This document shows, in pieces, positions 10,721 through 22,309 of a stretch of 60,574 nucleotides of DNA. The translations under genes were made by a program, and so were the position numbers. This DNA is from an uncultured delta proteobacterium (GTDB lineage Bacteria > Desulfobacterota > RBG-13-43-22), in NCBI GenBank assembly GCA_963843145.1, contig CAWJJC010000014.1:1-60574 (forward strand). Direction: 5' to 3'. Under the pieces are notes generated by a model, which worked only from the letters and a program-made list of their open reading frames with translations, was not told the origin of the DNA and did no database searches. Every line of letters begins with the position of its first letter. Position 1 is the first letter of the stretch.

Positions 10721-10754
10721 AGTTACCTTTTAGTAACCTTCCTTGTGATACCCT
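10721..10754 (+). promoter_or_regulatory. Putative SARP-type operator (AGTTACC-N4-AGTAACC, 11-bp period) plus extended -10 (TGATACCCT)
   Basis: Heptamer direct repeat at 10721 and 10732; TGnTAnnnT at 10746-10754; upstream of ATG 10790. Confidence 0.4.
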
Positions 10755-10789
10755 GCGCTAAATGTTCTGAAAGGGAAAAGGGCCACGCT

Positions 10790-11737
10790 ATGTTTGACCG
10801 GGAGACGACTGAAGGGAACAGAGCATCAACAAAAAATAATCATTCGGATTGCCTGCCGAAAGACTTTCCGGTGCCGAGAATTTCGGGATCCAGACCTGAC
10901 AGGCAGGGCCAGCCTCCTTTTGAAGGTCCCCGGTTTAAGAAAATGAAAAATATTTCAACCGGGATAAGTCTGGACCAGATTAAAATCTACCCTTTATATG
11001 AGTTATTCGATATGCATAACGAATTGATGCTCCTTCATCGAATCGGAGAAGTCCTGCCCCCTAAAAAGAATGGGGAAGCCTCTCTGCTGGACCTGAAAAT
11101 TGAAATGGTCCGCCACCTCTTGATATTTTGTTCCCTATGTAAAAGACTTTGTTGGATTAATCGCATTAGAGGGGAAAGAGGATTATGCCGGATGGGTTTA
11201 AACCCGAGAGTTATAGATCTCTCTTTATCCGGCCCTGAAAAGACCATTTTGGAAATCACTTTGGCCGGATCCGGAATGCGCTGTAGTTTCTGCCTGAAGG
11301 AATCACCCCCCGAACGGAGAAGGAGCTCCGGTGTCCTGTTGGATCATCATTTATGGACCCGATTGGATTTTAGGGAAGCGCGTTTCCTTTCTTTCAACGG
11401 CGGAAATCCTGAAAATTCGTTATTGGCCATCCTTGAATTTCTGAATACCGCTCCGGCAAATTGGGAAATCTCCATCCTTTGGAACAGCCATAGTCATACC
11501 ACTCCTCCGGTTTTATCCCTTTTAGAGGGCATCGTGGACGCCTTTAGACTTGATTATTATTTTACCTGCGCCGTTTGCGGAAGGATCAGTTCTTTCCCAG
11601 CACAATTCCCCGAGACGGCCGGAATGGTCAGGACCTTGGCCCGGGAACAAAATGTTCCGATTTATCCGGAAATAGGTATCCAAGACCCGCAACCAACCCC
11701 TGAAAAAGGGATAAGCACCGGCCCTTCCTACTCCTGA
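10790..11737 (+). CDS. PflX-like radical SAM homologue with degenerate cluster motif
   Basis: CSLCKRLCWINRIRGERGLC matches the PflX N-terminal Cys motif. The SAM-cluster motif reads SGMRCSFC (first Cys replaced by Ser). Also GGNPE and LLEGIVDAF. Confidence 0.6.
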   Translation: MFDRETTEGNRASTKNNHSDCLPKDFPVPRISGSRPDRQGQPPFEGPRFKKMKNISTGISLDQIKIYPLYELFDMHNELMLLHRIGEVLPPKKNGEASLLDLKIEMVRHLLIFCSLCKRLCWINRIRGERGLCRMGLNPRVIDLSLSGPEKTILEITLAGSGMRCSFCLKESPPERRRSSGVLLDHHLWTRLDFREARFLSFNGGNPENSLLAILEFLNTAPANWEISILWNSHSHTTPPVLSLLEGIVDAFRLDYYFTCAVCGRISSFPAQFPETAGMVRTLAREQNVPIYPEIGIQDPQPTPEKGISTGPSYS

Positions 11738-14700
11738 TTAATTCTCTCCCGGATCTGTTGGTGTAGTGAGCGGGTCTGGGGATTGGGTTGACTTTTCAGT
11801 TCTTCTTTCAGGTTTTTTTTCAAAGAATCAAAGGCCCTCAAGGCCTCATTGTAATTGCCCAAGGTGAGGCAGAGCCGCATCAGATTCCGGCAGGCCTCTT
11901 CCTTCAAAGGGTCCGCCTCCAGGATCCGCTGGTAATAGCCGACGGCCTTTTTTATTGATCCCGTTGCCACCGAAAGCTCCGCCAGTCGTTCCAGGTTTTC
12001 AATGAAAATCTTTTTCAGTTCGACCCGACGACGGTCAACGCTCGGCAAGGAGTTCTCCTCCGGAAGAAAATCCCCCTGGTACATTTCCAGCATCCGACCA
12101 TACTCCTCCATGGCGCCTCGGGTGTCGCCCAGCATTTCCCTGCGTCTTCCGGCTCCTGCGGATTTCAGGAATTCGTCCGTATCTATCCGAATAAACTCTG
12201 GGGCCAATTCCAGCCGGTTATGGCGCAGGTGAAGATAGGTGGAACCCAAGAAAGGATGAATCGTCGCCTCCAGTGATTTACGCAAGCGCAGCAGGGTCAC
12301 TTTAAAATTGTTTTCCCCTTTAGCGTCCATTTCCAAAGGCCAGAGTTCTTCGATTAATGTCTCCTTGGGGGCTTTCCCGCCCGGATGGCAAAGGAGGGCC
12401 ATCAAAAGCCGCTTGGGTTGCTGACCGACCCACGAATCTTCGGTGATTGGGACCCCGCTTCTAATAATCTGCAAAGCGCCCAAGGTGTTTATCTCAACAA
12501 ACGGAACCAGGCTATGATGAATGATCCGGAGCAATTCCCTTGCTCTGGACCGCAACTCTGGAGAGAGATTGTGTTCCAGCCTCAGCAATTCCGTTTCAGC
12601 CACCTTCGCGTAACGATCCGTCAGAAGCAGCCGCACCAAGGGGTACACGTGGTCGATATAGAATTCAAGGGCCATCAGGCACCCTTTAACCAAATCATCC
12701 GGACTTAACAAAAAGGAGTAGGTATATTGCTTCTCCTGGGCCAGGACCAGACCAGCTTCTATATGCACTTCCGCCTCAACTCGATTTCCATGGTCTCCTT
12801 GGACAATCCCGAGGGCCAGATGGCTATCGACCTGCAGATTATAATTTTCAATCGATTGGCCATACCCCAGAATTTCCTCGAGATCGTTAATAATTTCTTT
12901 TCTTCTGGTCCGGCGGTGGTTGAGAAGCCCTTGAATAGTCCGGGCGGCAAACAGGAAATTTCCGGAATAACCCTTTTCGGAGGTAAAATATTGCAGGGCT
13001 TTTTCAGTTGATTCGGCAGCTTTATCATATTGTCCCGACTTATAATAAGAAAGACTCAGAAAAAAATAAGGGTTTCCTTTCATTAAATCGTTCCCCTGCA
13101 TTTCGGCGATAGCGATAACTTCCTGAGCTTTACTTCTAGCGATTTCTTGATTTCCAAAAAAACCATGCCAGATGATTTCAAGGGTCAGCAAAGGTGCATA
13201 AAAATAAAAAAGCCCATTTTCGGAAATCAACTTCCGTGCGGCTGTCAAATCCTCCAGCGCTTTTTTGCCGTTTCCGGTAAACAGGTAAAAAACTCCGGTA
13301 GCGGTTAAGACCCAGGTTCGCGTCTCGTCGTCCTTAATGGACTCGGCCAAAACTTCCAGTTGCCGTTTCACTCGATCGGCCAATCTAAATTCACCCAGGA
13401 TACTTAGCCCTTTTAAGGAATGGCTCAGAGCAAGACATTCCAGCCTCGGATTTTTCATGGCCCGAGCCAACTGGTAGGCATTCTGGCAGGCTTGATGACC
13501 TTTACGAGTATTTCCATACATGATCTGGATTATTCCCATATTGATCCAAACAAAGGCCTTCTCCTTAGAACAATTATCCGGCGGACAATAGGATAACCAC
13601 CACTCGGCTTTATCAAGTAAGGGGATCAAGAATTCCCAGGGAGCCCGGCAAAACAAAGAGGCCTCGATCAAATAGCCCATAGACAGGAGTACCCCCTTCT
13701 GCTCTCCCGCTTCTTCAAAAAGAGAGATGCAGGCAGAAAATCGGTCTAGATTTTCTTTCATCTCCGTCCAGCGCCGGGTCAGTGAAAAGAGCAGGAGCAA
13801 CCAGGGATCAAGTTGAATTGAGTCTTCCGGCAATGCCCCGAGGAATTTCGAGAGTTCTTCAATACGCCCTTTGTTGAACAGATCCAAGCCGATCAGCCGA
13901 ATGACCCCGACTGCTGCGGCCGGATCTTTCCCCAGAAGATACAGGTGCGCCGCCTCTTCCAGGTCCCCCCGTTCCTGAAAGAGGGCGGCGGCTTTTTGAT
14001 AGAGGGCGGCCTTTTCCGCGACTGAAAAGGCCGCCTGAAACCGATTCAGCAAAAATTCCCGGAAAAGCTGGTGGAAGCGAAAGCTCCAGCCTTTACCCGT
14101 TTCATAAACCCCCTGCACGAAGAGATTTCGCCCAACAAAATCCTGTAAAACTCTTTCCGCATTAACCGTCCCACCCAAGCCCCGCATCAGAGCCGTATCG
14201 ACAAACGGGACTAGCGCGGCCTTGACAAGCATCTCTTTCACTTCCGGGAGTTGCGCCGCAAAAATCTCTCGTCCTAAATACTCAAAGGCATCCAAACGGA
14301 ACTGGTTCAAAAATACTTTCGAAAGAAACCGGTCCGGTTCGGTCGGGGCTTTCTTCTCCAAATTTTCAGCCAGAAGGATCAATCCTCCAACCCAACCCTC
14401 GGTAACCTCACTGATTTTAGCGAGCGGCGCTGCTTTCAGCCTGATATTCCGAGTCCGGACAAAAAATTCCCTTGTTTCCTCTCGATTAAAAGCCAGGTCT
14501 TCGTTGGTCAAGACCACCGCTTGCTGTTTCATTTTGAAGGAATCTACGTTGAAGTCAGAAGGTGGTGTCTGGCGGGAGCACAGAACCAGCTTCAGATCGA
14601 ACGGGGATTCCTCCGCCAGGACCTGCAAGAAGGAAAAGGACGGCGAGTCGGAAACCAGCCGGTCGAGACCGTCCAGGGCCAATAAAATTGGGTCGGGAAT

Positions 14701-15069
14701 AAATTCCCCCAAACCTCGGACCCACTCTTTGTAAAAACCGACCGGGTCCCGGGGGCCCATTGCCCGGGAAGGGAAATCCATCAAGGAGGCCCAATTGCTC
14801 TCAGGCAACGCCCGCTGCAGGGCAAGAACGATGACCTGGAAAAGGTTGGCCGGATCGGATTCCTCCGGCCCCAGGTTCACCCAGGCGACCGGGATGCCGA
14901 CCTGTTCCAGAAAAGACGCCGCCAGGGTGGATTTTCCCTGAGCCGCCTGGCCAAGAATAAGAATCAGCTTCTTGTCCTTATTTTTATTCAAAAGGTCGAG
15001 CAGCCGCGGGCGCGGCAGTGTGTTGGTCAAGTGCGGAGGCGTGATCTTGGACAGGCTGACAGGGGTCAC
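11728..15069 (-). CDS. Large MalT-like ATPase/TPR transcriptional regulator with C-terminal SARP (wHTH + BTAD) module
   Basis: SKITPP...RPRLL, GQAAQGKST, TEGWVGGL, FHQLFREFL, TPR-like middle, LIEELWP, YQGDFLPE, DPLKEEACRNLM. Confidence 0.88.
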   Translation of the reverse strand: MTPVSLSKITPPHLTNTLPRPRLLDLLNKNKDKKLILILGQAAQGKSTLAASFLEQVGIPVAWVNLGPEESDPANLFQVIVLALQRALPESNWASLMDFPSRAMGPRDPVGFYKEWVRGLGEFIPDPILLALDGLDRLVSDSPSFSFLQVLAEESPFDLKLVLCSRQTPPSDFNVDSFKMKQQAVVLTNEDLAFNREETREFFVRTRNIRLKAAPLAKISEVTEGWVGGLILLAENLEKKAPTEPDRFLSKVFLNQFRLDAFEYLGREIFAAQLPEVKEMLVKAALVPFVDTALMRGLGGTVNAERVLQDFVGRNLFVQGVYETGKGWSFRFHQLFREFLLNRFQAAFSVAEKAALYQKAAALFQERGDLEEAAHLYLLGKDPAAAVGVIRLIGLDLFNKGRIEELSKFLGALPEDSIQLDPWLLLLFSLTRRWTEMKENLDRFSACISLFEEAGEQKGVLLSMGYLIEASLFCRAPWEFLIPLLDKAEWWLSYCPPDNCSKEKAFVWINMGIIQIMYGNTRKGHQACQNAYQLARAMKNPRLECLALSHSLKGLSILGEFRLADRVKRQLEVLAESIKDDETRTWVLTATGVFYLFTGNGKKALEDLTAARKLISENGLFYFYAPLLTLEIIWHGFFGNQEIARSKAQEVIAIAEMQGNDLMKGNPYFFLSLSYYKSGQYDKAAESTEKALQYFTSEKGYSGNFLFAARTIQGLLNHRRTRRKEIINDLEEILGYGQSIENYNLQVDSHLALGIVQGDHGNRVEAEVHIEAGLVLAQEKQYTYSFLLSPDDLVKGCLMALEFYIDHVYPLVRLLLTDRYAKVAETELLRLEHNLSPELRSRARELLRIIHHSLVPFVEINTLGALQIIRSGVPITEDSWVGQQPKRLLMALLCHPGGKAPKETLIEELWPLEMDAKGENNFKVTLLRLRKSLEATIHPFLGSTYLHLRHNRLELAPEFIRIDTDEFLKSAGAGRRREMLGDTRGAMEEYGRMLEMYQGDFLPEENSLPSVDRRRVELKKIFIENLERLAELSVATGSIKKAVGYYQRILEADPLKEEACRNLMRLCLTLGNYNEALRAFDSLKKNLKEELKSQPNPQTRSLHQQIRERINQE

Positions 15070-15230
15070 AGGAGCCGGCGAAACCTCATTGTGGGATATT
15101 CAGAATGCCTGGGAAATTTATATCACAATTATATCAGAAAATAATCTCTTATTTGTTCAGTTTTCTTAGTGGTGCTGGAGGTGATACTGGTCTCGGCGGG
15201 AGTGGAACCGGGCGGGTTTGGAACCCGCCT

Positions 15231-16407
15231 CTACTTCTTTGTTATTTTGGTTCCTTCCTCGATCTGGTTGGTAGGGTGGGTAATGACCCAATCACCTTCT
15301 TTTAGGCCCTGTTCGAGCTCGACTTCCCGGGGGCTGCGGTGCCCCACTTTCACAATCTGCTTTTCCGCCCGGCCCTTGCGGGACCGCGAACAGAGCCCAA
15401 TCTTTTCCGGAACGGAAAAGAGCACCGGCCGGGACCTTCAAGACATTCTGAGCTTTCCAGATGACGATCCGGGCCTCTACCCGGTAGTCGTCGCCCAGGG
15501 GCCCGGGCGGGTCCATAAAATCCACTACCACATTGACCCGTTGCTCTTCGATCCCCAGGGCCGAGACCTTGGTGAATCCCTGGTCCTCGATCAGTCGGAC
15601 CCGGGCCCGCAAGGGTTGTTCCCCGCCCCAGTTTTCCAGAATAACCGGCATCCCCGGCCGGACCTTCACCGCTTCACTGGACAGGAGGTCCACCACCACT
15701 TCCAGCCTGGTGGGATCCCCCACCACTACCAGGGGTGTCCCGGCCGATACCACCCGCTCACTTTTCTCCTGAATTTTTAAGATCCGTCCGCTGACCGGGG
15801 ACGAAACGGCGATCAGACCTCCGGTCTTCCCCTGACTCCTTTCCGCGGCCAGCAAACGAGCCCGACTTAATTCCACTTCGTAAGCCGCCGCCTTGGCCCG
15901 GAAACGGGCGGACTCCAACTCGCTGGCGCCGGTTATCTCCGCCTGCTCGGACTGCTCATAGGCCTGTCTGGAAATCCCGCCGGCCTGAAACAGACGCTGG
16001 TAACGGTCCCGCTCCCGCTTGGCCTGTTCATGGACGGCCTGGGCTTCCCTGACCTTCTCTTCGCTTGCCCGTTGGAGAGCCCGATTCATCTGAACTCGGG
16101 CTTGGGCTTCGGCCAGTTCTCGAGGGTCCAGAGGTGACGGGTGGAGCCAGGCCACCACCTGTCCCTGTCTCACTCGATCGCCTTCCCGCCAGTCCAGGCG
16201 GGTCAGGCGTCCGCTTACCGGGGAGGCCACCACATACCGATCCCGGGCCCGGGTCTTCCCCTGTTCGTCGATGGTCACCGTCAAAACCCCTTTTTGGGCC
16301 TGGGCCAAATCCACCGGCACCGGTTTTGGCCACCAGATCCAGAAAACCAGGGCGGCCAGAACCAAAACCGCAGCGACCGTCAACAACTTCTTTTTTGAGT
16401 TTTTCAT
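15231..16407 (-). CDS. Efflux RND/ABC periplasmic adaptor (MFP) subunit; one frameshift near 15385
   Basis: N-terminal TM, ASPVSGRL lipoyl-like motif, SALGIEEQRV. The C-terminus (VGHRSPREVELEQGLKEGDWVITHP) continues in the 15231..15425 frame. Confidence 0.88.
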
Positions 16408-16442
16408 TTGTTTCTACCCTACCTGAACCATTCAAAACTATT

Positions 16443-16762
16443 TCACCGCAGAGGCGCCGGGGACGCGGAGAAATTTTTTTCGTCTCAGCTTGACGAAATA
16501 CTTTATTAAGGATCTCATAATTGTCTGTACATACCACCGACCGTCATCCTCGAGTGTTTTTGTCGGGGATCCAGAATCGTAGCAGATAGGGGCTGGATTC
16601 CCGCCCAGAAGCGCTGCGGGAATGACGATGAGAGAACCTCGAGATAGTCGGTTTTATTATGAGACCGTTAATATCTGCGCCACTGGCTGGGGGGGGTTAT
16701 AAAATCGGTATCTCCCGATTTTAGAAAAATTTCTCTCTACACCCTCTGCGTCTTCGCGGTGG
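16443..16762. repeat. Nested repeat stack: outer CGCAGAG/CTCTGCG pair, 18-bp terminal IR element (16504-16673), inner REP-like palindrome (16542-16627)
   Basis: tattaaggatctcataat vs attatgagaccgttaata (16/18 complementary); cgtcat...ggatccag...ctggattcccgc...gcgggaatgacg. Confidence 0.7.
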
Positions 16763-16777
16763 AAATGTTTTTTGTTT

Positions 16778-19141
16778 TTACTCCCTGGTCTTCAACACCG
16801 CGATCAGATCCAGGTGTTTAATCCTCCGGCGAACTAAAAGGCCCGACAGCAAGGCCGAAACCGCTACAATCAGAAAGGCCAGGGCATAGGTCTTCCCGGT
16901 GATCACCAGGGGCAAGCGGTACAACTCCGACTCGGCGGCCCGGATGACCAAAGCGCAGACTCCCCAGCCCAGCAGGCAGCCCAGAGGTATGGCCAGCAGG
17001 GTTAAGAGGGCCTGTTCCCCCAGGAGGAGGACGCCGACCTCCCGCTGGGTGAATCCCATAACCCTCAAGCTGGCCAACTCATTCCCTCGCTCGGAGAGGG
17101 CGATGCGGGCCCCATTATAAACCAGGCCGAAAGCAATCACGCAAGCAAAAACGATCAGCATGGTGGTGGAAATCATCATATTTTCAGCAATGGTTTGTTT
17201 GAAGCTTTCCAGCATGGCCTCCCGGATGCCCACCCCGCTCACCGCCGGGGTCTGTTTAAGCCGGGAATATAATTGAGCGGCCTGGAGGGGTTCCACGGTC
17301 AGATAAGCCCCGGAGACGGTAGGCTCCTCCTCCAGCAGACGGTTCAAGGCCCGAATATCCATATAGGCCGAAATCCCGATCAGTTCATCCACCAGCTTGG
17401 CAACGAGCATTGTTTTGACCGGTCTCTTTCCCTCCAAAACCTCCATTTGCAGAGCATCCCCGACTGAGACGCCCAGGATCTCAGCCAGCTTGGTGTTCAG
17501 CACGAGTCCCTCGGAGGGCAGGGATAGCGGCCGCAGCCGGCTATCGACCAGGGAATGGAGCCGCCCGCCCGGGGGTAACCCTAAGACCCCCAGGCGTTTG
17601 GATCGATGTTCAAACCGTAACCGGACCGGGACCATTCGAAACGTTTCGGTCTCCTTGACTCCCGGCAGATGATTTAGATCATAGCGGACCCGCGCCGGAC
17701 GGGGATTATGAAAGAGCAGGGTGGCATCCTCTCGCTGAATGATCCCAAACTGGACCTTCATTATGTAATCGATGGCGTCGAAGCCGTAAAAGCCGACCAC
17801 CAAAATGGCCACCGCCCAGGCGATGCCAATAACCGACAGAAAAGCTTTCGCTTTCTTTCGAGCCAGGTTGCGCAGGATCATGCGGGCCGCCGGATGAAAC
17901 AGGCCCTGCAGTCCCAGGCCTTCCAGCCAGCCGGTTCGAAAACGGGCCGGGGGTTCCGGGCGCATGGCCTCGGCCGGGGGCAGGGCCGCCGCTTTCCAGA
18001 CGGCCGTCAGGGCGCCCAGGCAGGCCGAGCCGCCGCTAATCAGCAGGGCCCAGCCGACCAAAGAAGGGGTGGTCCGGAAGCGAAGGGCGGGAAAATGAAA
18101 AAATCGGGAATACATCTCGGAGAGATACGTGCCGAACCAGATCCCCAAGGCGAATCCCAAGAGGGCCCCCCCCGCGATGATCACCAGGGCAAATTTTAAG
18201 TAGTGCCCCCCGATAGACCAGCGCGTGTAGCCGAAGGACTTCAACAGGGCGATCTGCGGCCGCTGCAGAGCAATCATCCGAGAGAGGATGATGTGGATCA
18301 AGAAAGCGGCGATGCCCAGGAAGATGGAGGGGATGAAGATGCCGGTCACCCGATCCTGGGCAATTTCATCGGAGAGAAAGCGATGGGAAATCTGCTCGTC
18401 CCGGCCATAGGCCCCCAGACCGCCGTAGTCCTCCAGCAGCCGGTCCAGTTGGGCGATGATTTCGGCCGGATTCGCCCCGGGGGAGAGGGTCAGCGATAGA
18501 TCATTGAAACCCTCCTTCAGGTCAAAGGCTGGACCCAATATCTCCCGACTCATCCAGAGGATCCCGAAACGGCGGTTATCCGGGAAGATTTCCACGCCCC
18601 GGATTTCATAGACATACTCGGGCGAAATAGCAATCCCGACGATACGCAACTGCTGCCGACGTCCGTTCAGGATCGCCCCCAAGGTATCCCCGATCTTTAA
18701 CCGGTTAGCGGAGGCGAAGGCCTCACTGATCAGCACCTCGTCCCGCTGCCGGGGTTCTATATAGCGGCCCTCCCGCAGATAGAGGTCGTTGAGTCGAGGC
18801 CGGTATTTTTCCGGAATCGAAACCAGCCGTCCCGTGGCCGGCTCTTCCAGACCGGGCACATCGAGCGCCACTTCGAAAACTACGCGGGTGTCCACCTGGG
18901 CCACACCCGGGATAGCGGCCAGACGGGGAACCAGGGATTCCGGAGCTCGTTTGACTTGAGCGAAGATCTCGGCGAAACGGGATTCGCGGTAAAATTCGGT
19001 CTGGGAAACCACCAGGGACTCGTAGGCGCTGCGCATGGTGATGTAACTGGCCATCCCGCAGGCCACCACCAGCATGACAGCCAGCACCTGCCCGCTCATA
19101 TGGACCAAGTCCCGAAGCAGCTTGCGGTTGAGGCTGGTCAT
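16778..19141 (-). CDS. ABC transporter permease, duplicated FtsX/MacB type
   Basis: [40 protein letters not shown]. Confidence 0.92.
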   Translation of the reverse strand: MTSLNRKLLRDLVHMSGQVLAVMLVVACGMASYITMRSAYESLVVSQTEFYRESRFAEIFAQVKRAPESLVPRLAAIPGVAQVDTRVVFEVALDVPGLEEPATGRLVSIPEKYRPRLNDLYLREGRYIEPRQRDEVLISEAFASANRLKIGDTLGAILNGRRQQLRIVGIAISPEYVYEIRGVEIFPDNRRFGILWMSREILGPAFDLKEGFNDLSLTLSPGANPAEIIAQLDRLLEDYGGLGAYGRDEQISHRFLSDEIAQDRVTGIFIPSIFLGIAAFLIHIILSRMIALQRPQIALLKSFGYTRWSIGGHYLKFALVIIAGGALLGFALGIWFGTYLSEMYSRFFHFPALRFRTTPSLVGWALLISGGSACLGALTAVWKAAALPPAEAMRPEPPARFRTGWLEGLGLQGLFHPAARMILRNLARKKAKAFLSVIGIAWAVAILVVGFYGFDAIDYIMKVQFGIIQREDATLLFHNPRPARVRYDLNHLPGVKETETFRMVPVRLRFEHRSKRLGVLGLPPGGRLHSLVDSRLRPLSLPSEGLVLNTKLAEILGVSVGDALQMEVLEGKRPVKTMLVAKLVDELIGISAYMDIRALNRLLEEEPTVSGAYLTVEPLQAAQLYSRLKQTPAVSGVGIREAMLESFKQTIAENMMISTTMLIVFACVIAFGLVYNGARIALSERGNELASLRVMGFTQREVGVLLLGEQALLTLLAIPLGCLLGWGVCALVIRAAESELYRLPLVITGKTYALAFLIVAVSALLSGLLVRRRIKHLDLIAVLKTRE

Positions 19142-19180
19142 GAGAAAAATTCGAAATCCGAGCAGCGATCTATCCTAGGA

Positions 19181-19912
19181 TTACCAGCTCAACTCGCTTG
19201 GAGATGCGCGTTTTTCATTCTCCCGAATCTCCACGATTTCGCCGCTGCTGATCCGGATCACCCGGTCGGCCATAGCGGCGATGGCGGCATTGTGGGTGAT
19301 GACCACCGTGATGGTGCCTAACCTCCGGTTGACCTCTTCCAGGACTTCGAGGACCAGTTTACCGGTAGCGTAGTCCAGGGCCCCGGTCGGTTCGTCGCAA
19401 AGGAGCACATCCGGTTGCTTGACCACCGCCCGGGCAATGGCCACCCGCTGCTGCTCCCCGCCGGAAAGCTGGGCCGGAAAATGATGCAGCCGGTCGCCCA
19501 GACCCACCAATTTCAGGGCTTCCTTCGGGTCCAGGGGTTTTTCGGCGATCTCGGTGACCAGACTGACGTTCTCCAGCGCGGTCAGGCTGGGGATCAAATT
19601 GTAAAACTGAAAGACGAAGCCCACGTGCTCCCGCCGGAAGAGGGTCAGGGCCTGATCATCCATCGTCGTCAAGTTATGGTCCAAGTAGTAAACCTCTCCG
19701 CCGCTGGGGATGTCGAGCCCTCCCAGGATATTTACCAGGGTGGATTTCCCGCTCCCTGAGGGGCCCAGCAAAACGACGAACTCGCCGGCATACAAGTCCA
19801 AATCCACTTTTTTCAGGGCCGGCACTATCACCTCTCCGAGGGTGTAAACCTTAGAGACATTTTGAAGGTGGAAAACCGCCGGCCCGGGATATTTTTTCGT
19901 TTCTCGCGACAT
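19181..19912 (-). CDS. ABC transporter ATP-binding protein (LolD/MacB-like)
   Basis: [34 protein letters not shown]. Start uncertain. Confidence 0.94.
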   Translation of the reverse strand: MSRETKKYPGPAVFHLQNVSKVYTLGEVIVPALKKVDLDLYAGEFVVLLGPSGSGKSTLVNILGGLDIPSGGEVYYLDHNLTTMDDQALTLFRREHVGFVFQFYNLIPSLTALENVSLVTEIAEKPLDPKEALKLVGLGDRLHHFPAQLSGGEQQRVAIARAVVKQPDVLLCDEPTGALDYATGKLVLEVLEEVNRRLGTITVVITHNAAIAAMADRVIRISSGEIVEIRENEKRASPSELSW

Positions 19913-19967
19913 GGCCTTTTCTTCAATCTTTTTTTTCTTATATCCTACCTGGTCCAAATCCTCCATG

Positions 19968-20000
19968 TAAAAAAAAAGGGCGGGGGTAAACCCGCCCTTC
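19968..20000 (-). terminator. Rho-independent terminator after cooS
   Basis: Minus strand gaagggcggg-tttacc-cccgcccttt followed by a long U tract. Confidence 0.75.
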
Positions 20001-20033
20001 ACTCATTGCGTTGGAGATAACCTCCTCTTCCGG

Positions 20034-22010
20034 TTAGGCCGCTTCCATTTCCCGGCGGCTGGCCATATCCATCAGGACCCGTTCGCGGGTCTTGTCTATG
20101 CCCAGGGCCTTCCGTTTCTTATCAATGTGTTCGATCATCAAACGGGCCATTTCGTAGGGATCGGCCGTAAAGCCCCATTTCCCCAAACCCAGTTCCTCCA
20201 GGCCTCCGAATAGATGCCGATGAAACTTGGTTTCCTCGACGATCGGAAAGGTTACCCCGAAGACGGTATAGACCCCGGAGGCCACAAAATACTGGCCGAT
20301 GGAGATGGCCTTTTCGCTCATCCATTCCGGAGCGGCCCCGGCCACCGGTAAATCGGCGATGCTCTGTCCCAATCCGCCATTGCGGACCATTTCCGCGCAG
20401 GCAGTCAGAATGCGGCTGTTGTCCACGCAGGAACCCAGGCCTAAAACCGGGGGCATGCCCACGGCTTCACAGACCTCCCGCAGGCCCGGGCCCGCCAGGT
20501 AGGCGGATTCCGGCAGGTAGAGTCCGGCCTTGGCCAGGGCCACCTGGGAGCATCCGGTCTGAACCACCAGGATGTCGTTCTTAATCAGTTCCTTCACCAG
20601 TTCCACATGGACCCAGTCCTGTTTGACCCGGGGATTGGTACAGCCCACCACGCCGGCCACACCGCGAATCCGCCCGTTAATAATATTGTCGTTCAAAGGC
20701 CGGTAGGAACCCCGAAAGGTCCCGCCCAGCATATAATTGATATATTCATGGGAAAAGCCGTGGACGCCGATGCTTTTGAACCGGGGAATTTCAATGGGCA
20801 GTTTCCGGTTTTTGAAGCGGTCGATGCCCAGGCGGACGATAGTATCGGTACAGACCCGGGGTTCATGTTCCACGAAGGGCAGATGGTCGGCCCCTTCAAT
20901 TCGGCAGCGGGGATTGGTGGTGAAAAGGCGGGTCCCGTAACATTGGGCGACCTTGGCCAGTCCCTGCTTGATGCACTGGACGTCGACCCCCATGGCATCG
21001 ACGGCCCCGGTTACCAGGACGGCCTCGGTGGACATAAAATTTCCCGCATGGGGTATGCCGTGGCGGCCCATCATTTCCGCCCCGGAGCAGCACATCCCCA
21101 CCAGGTTAATGCCCTTGGCCCCGGCGGCCCGGGCCTCTTGGAGCAGGGCCGGGTCGCTGACGGAAGCCAGGATGGACTCGAACAGGTTGGGTTCATGCCC
21201 GTGGATGATGATATTGACCTCATCCTCCTTCAGACAGCCCATGTTGACTTCCGCGGTGACGGGCATGGGGGTCCCAAAGAGGATATCGGAGATTTCAGTG
21301 GCCACCATGGAACCTCCCCAACCATCGGACAGGGCGGTCCGGTTGCATTGTTTGGTAATATTTTCGTAATGCTGATCCACCCCCATATGGGTGCGATGCA
21401 TCAATTCCATAACCTCGCGCATGGCCCCCCGGGGCACGATCCCCTGTTTCCGCCAGTTTTCCAGCGTTTTTTCCGGGACCCGTTTGACAAAAGGGATCTC
21501 CCCTTCCACCTGGATATAGGTCCGCTCGAGTTCGTGATAGACGTCACTAGCAATGGCCATCAGCTCGCGCCCTTCCGTTTCGATCCCCAGTTCTTTGGCC
21601 AGTTCCTCCAGTTTCAGGGGGTCCTTGATGCCGTAATCGGTAATGTTGCCGTTGACAACCTCCCGGAAAAGTTCCAGCATGCTCATCCCATGGTCGGTGT
21701 GGGCCGCCGCCCCGGCGGCCACCATGCGGGCGAAATTCCGGGACATGATGGTATCGATCGTGGCCCCGCAAACACCCACTTTTCCGTAGGGGTCTTTGGA
21801 TGAAAGCCTACATGGCCCCATGGCGCAATGCTTGCAACAGGCCGAATCGGCCCCGATAGGACAGGCTTTCATGGAATCGGCCCGGTGAAAGGCGGTTTCC
21901 ACGCCGTCCCTCTCAGCCTTCCGCAGCATCTGGGCCGTGGCCTCACAACTGGTCACCGCCTGGATATTGAGGGGCTTTAATCCGGTGGGGGATTTTACTT
22001 CTTTTTCCAT
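20034..22010 (-). CDS. cooS: Anaerobic Ni-Fe carbon monoxide dehydrogenase catalytic subunit
   Basis: CPIGADSACCKHCAMGPC (D/B clusters); C-cluster ligands HGHEP, GMCC, DVQC, VGCTN, TGCS, GSCVDNSR; WMSEKA. Confidence 0.96.
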   Translation of the reverse strand: MEKEVKSPTGLKPLNIQAVTSCEATAQMLRKAERDGVETAFHRADSMKACPIGADSACCKHCAMGPCRLSSKDPYGKVGVCGATIDTIMSRNFARMVAAGAAAHTDHGMSMLELFREVVNGNITDYGIKDPLKLEELAKELGIETEGRELMAIASDVYHELERTYIQVEGEIPFVKRVPEKTLENWRKQGIVPRGAMREVMELMHRTHMGVDQHYENITKQCNRTALSDGWGGSMVATEISDILFGTPMPVTAEVNMGCLKEDEVNIIIHGHEPNLFESILASVSDPALLQEARAAGAKGINLVGMCCSGAEMMGRHGIPHAGNFMSTEAVLVTGAVDAMGVDVQCIKQGLAKVAQCYGTRLFTTNPRCRIEGADHLPFVEHEPRVCTDTIVRLGIDRFKNRKLPIEIPRFKSIGVHGFSHEYINYMLGGTFRGSYRPLNDNIINGRIRGVAGVVGCTNPRVKQDWVHVELVKELIKNDILVVQTGCSQVALAKAGLYLPESAYLAGPGLREVCEAVGMPPVLGLGSCVDNSRILTACAEMVRNGGLGQSIADLPVAGAAPEWMSEKAISIGQYFVASGVYTVFGVTFPIVEETKFHRHLFGGLEELGLGKWGFTADPYEMARLMIEHIDKKRKALGIDKTRERVLMDMASRREMEAA

Positions 22011-22309
22011 TTTTTCTTCCTCCTTCGTAGTTAAAACAACCGTTTACTTCGCCCTCACACCAGCCAAGCAACAATCTTGGAGATACTAAGGCCTGAACTC
22101 AACCTCTTAACTATTTTAATAATAGTTATTAATAATATTAAACCATAAAAAAGAAAAGTCAAGAGAGCGGATAACTCACTCATTGGGGGGAGATCAAGGA
22201 CTTGTTTTGGGCACGAGAGGGGGGGCTAATTAAAAAAATTTATGTCTTTGGTTTTACATCCGAAATTCGTATTTCGAATTTTTATATAAGCAACTTACCA
22301 GAGATTCTT

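Noticed and set aside
20607-21803. Long + strand ORFs opposite cooS (also 25872..27221, 31757..33250, 51557..53152, 56996..57916)
   Set aside because: Antisense shadows of well-supported genes, with no recognisable motifs.
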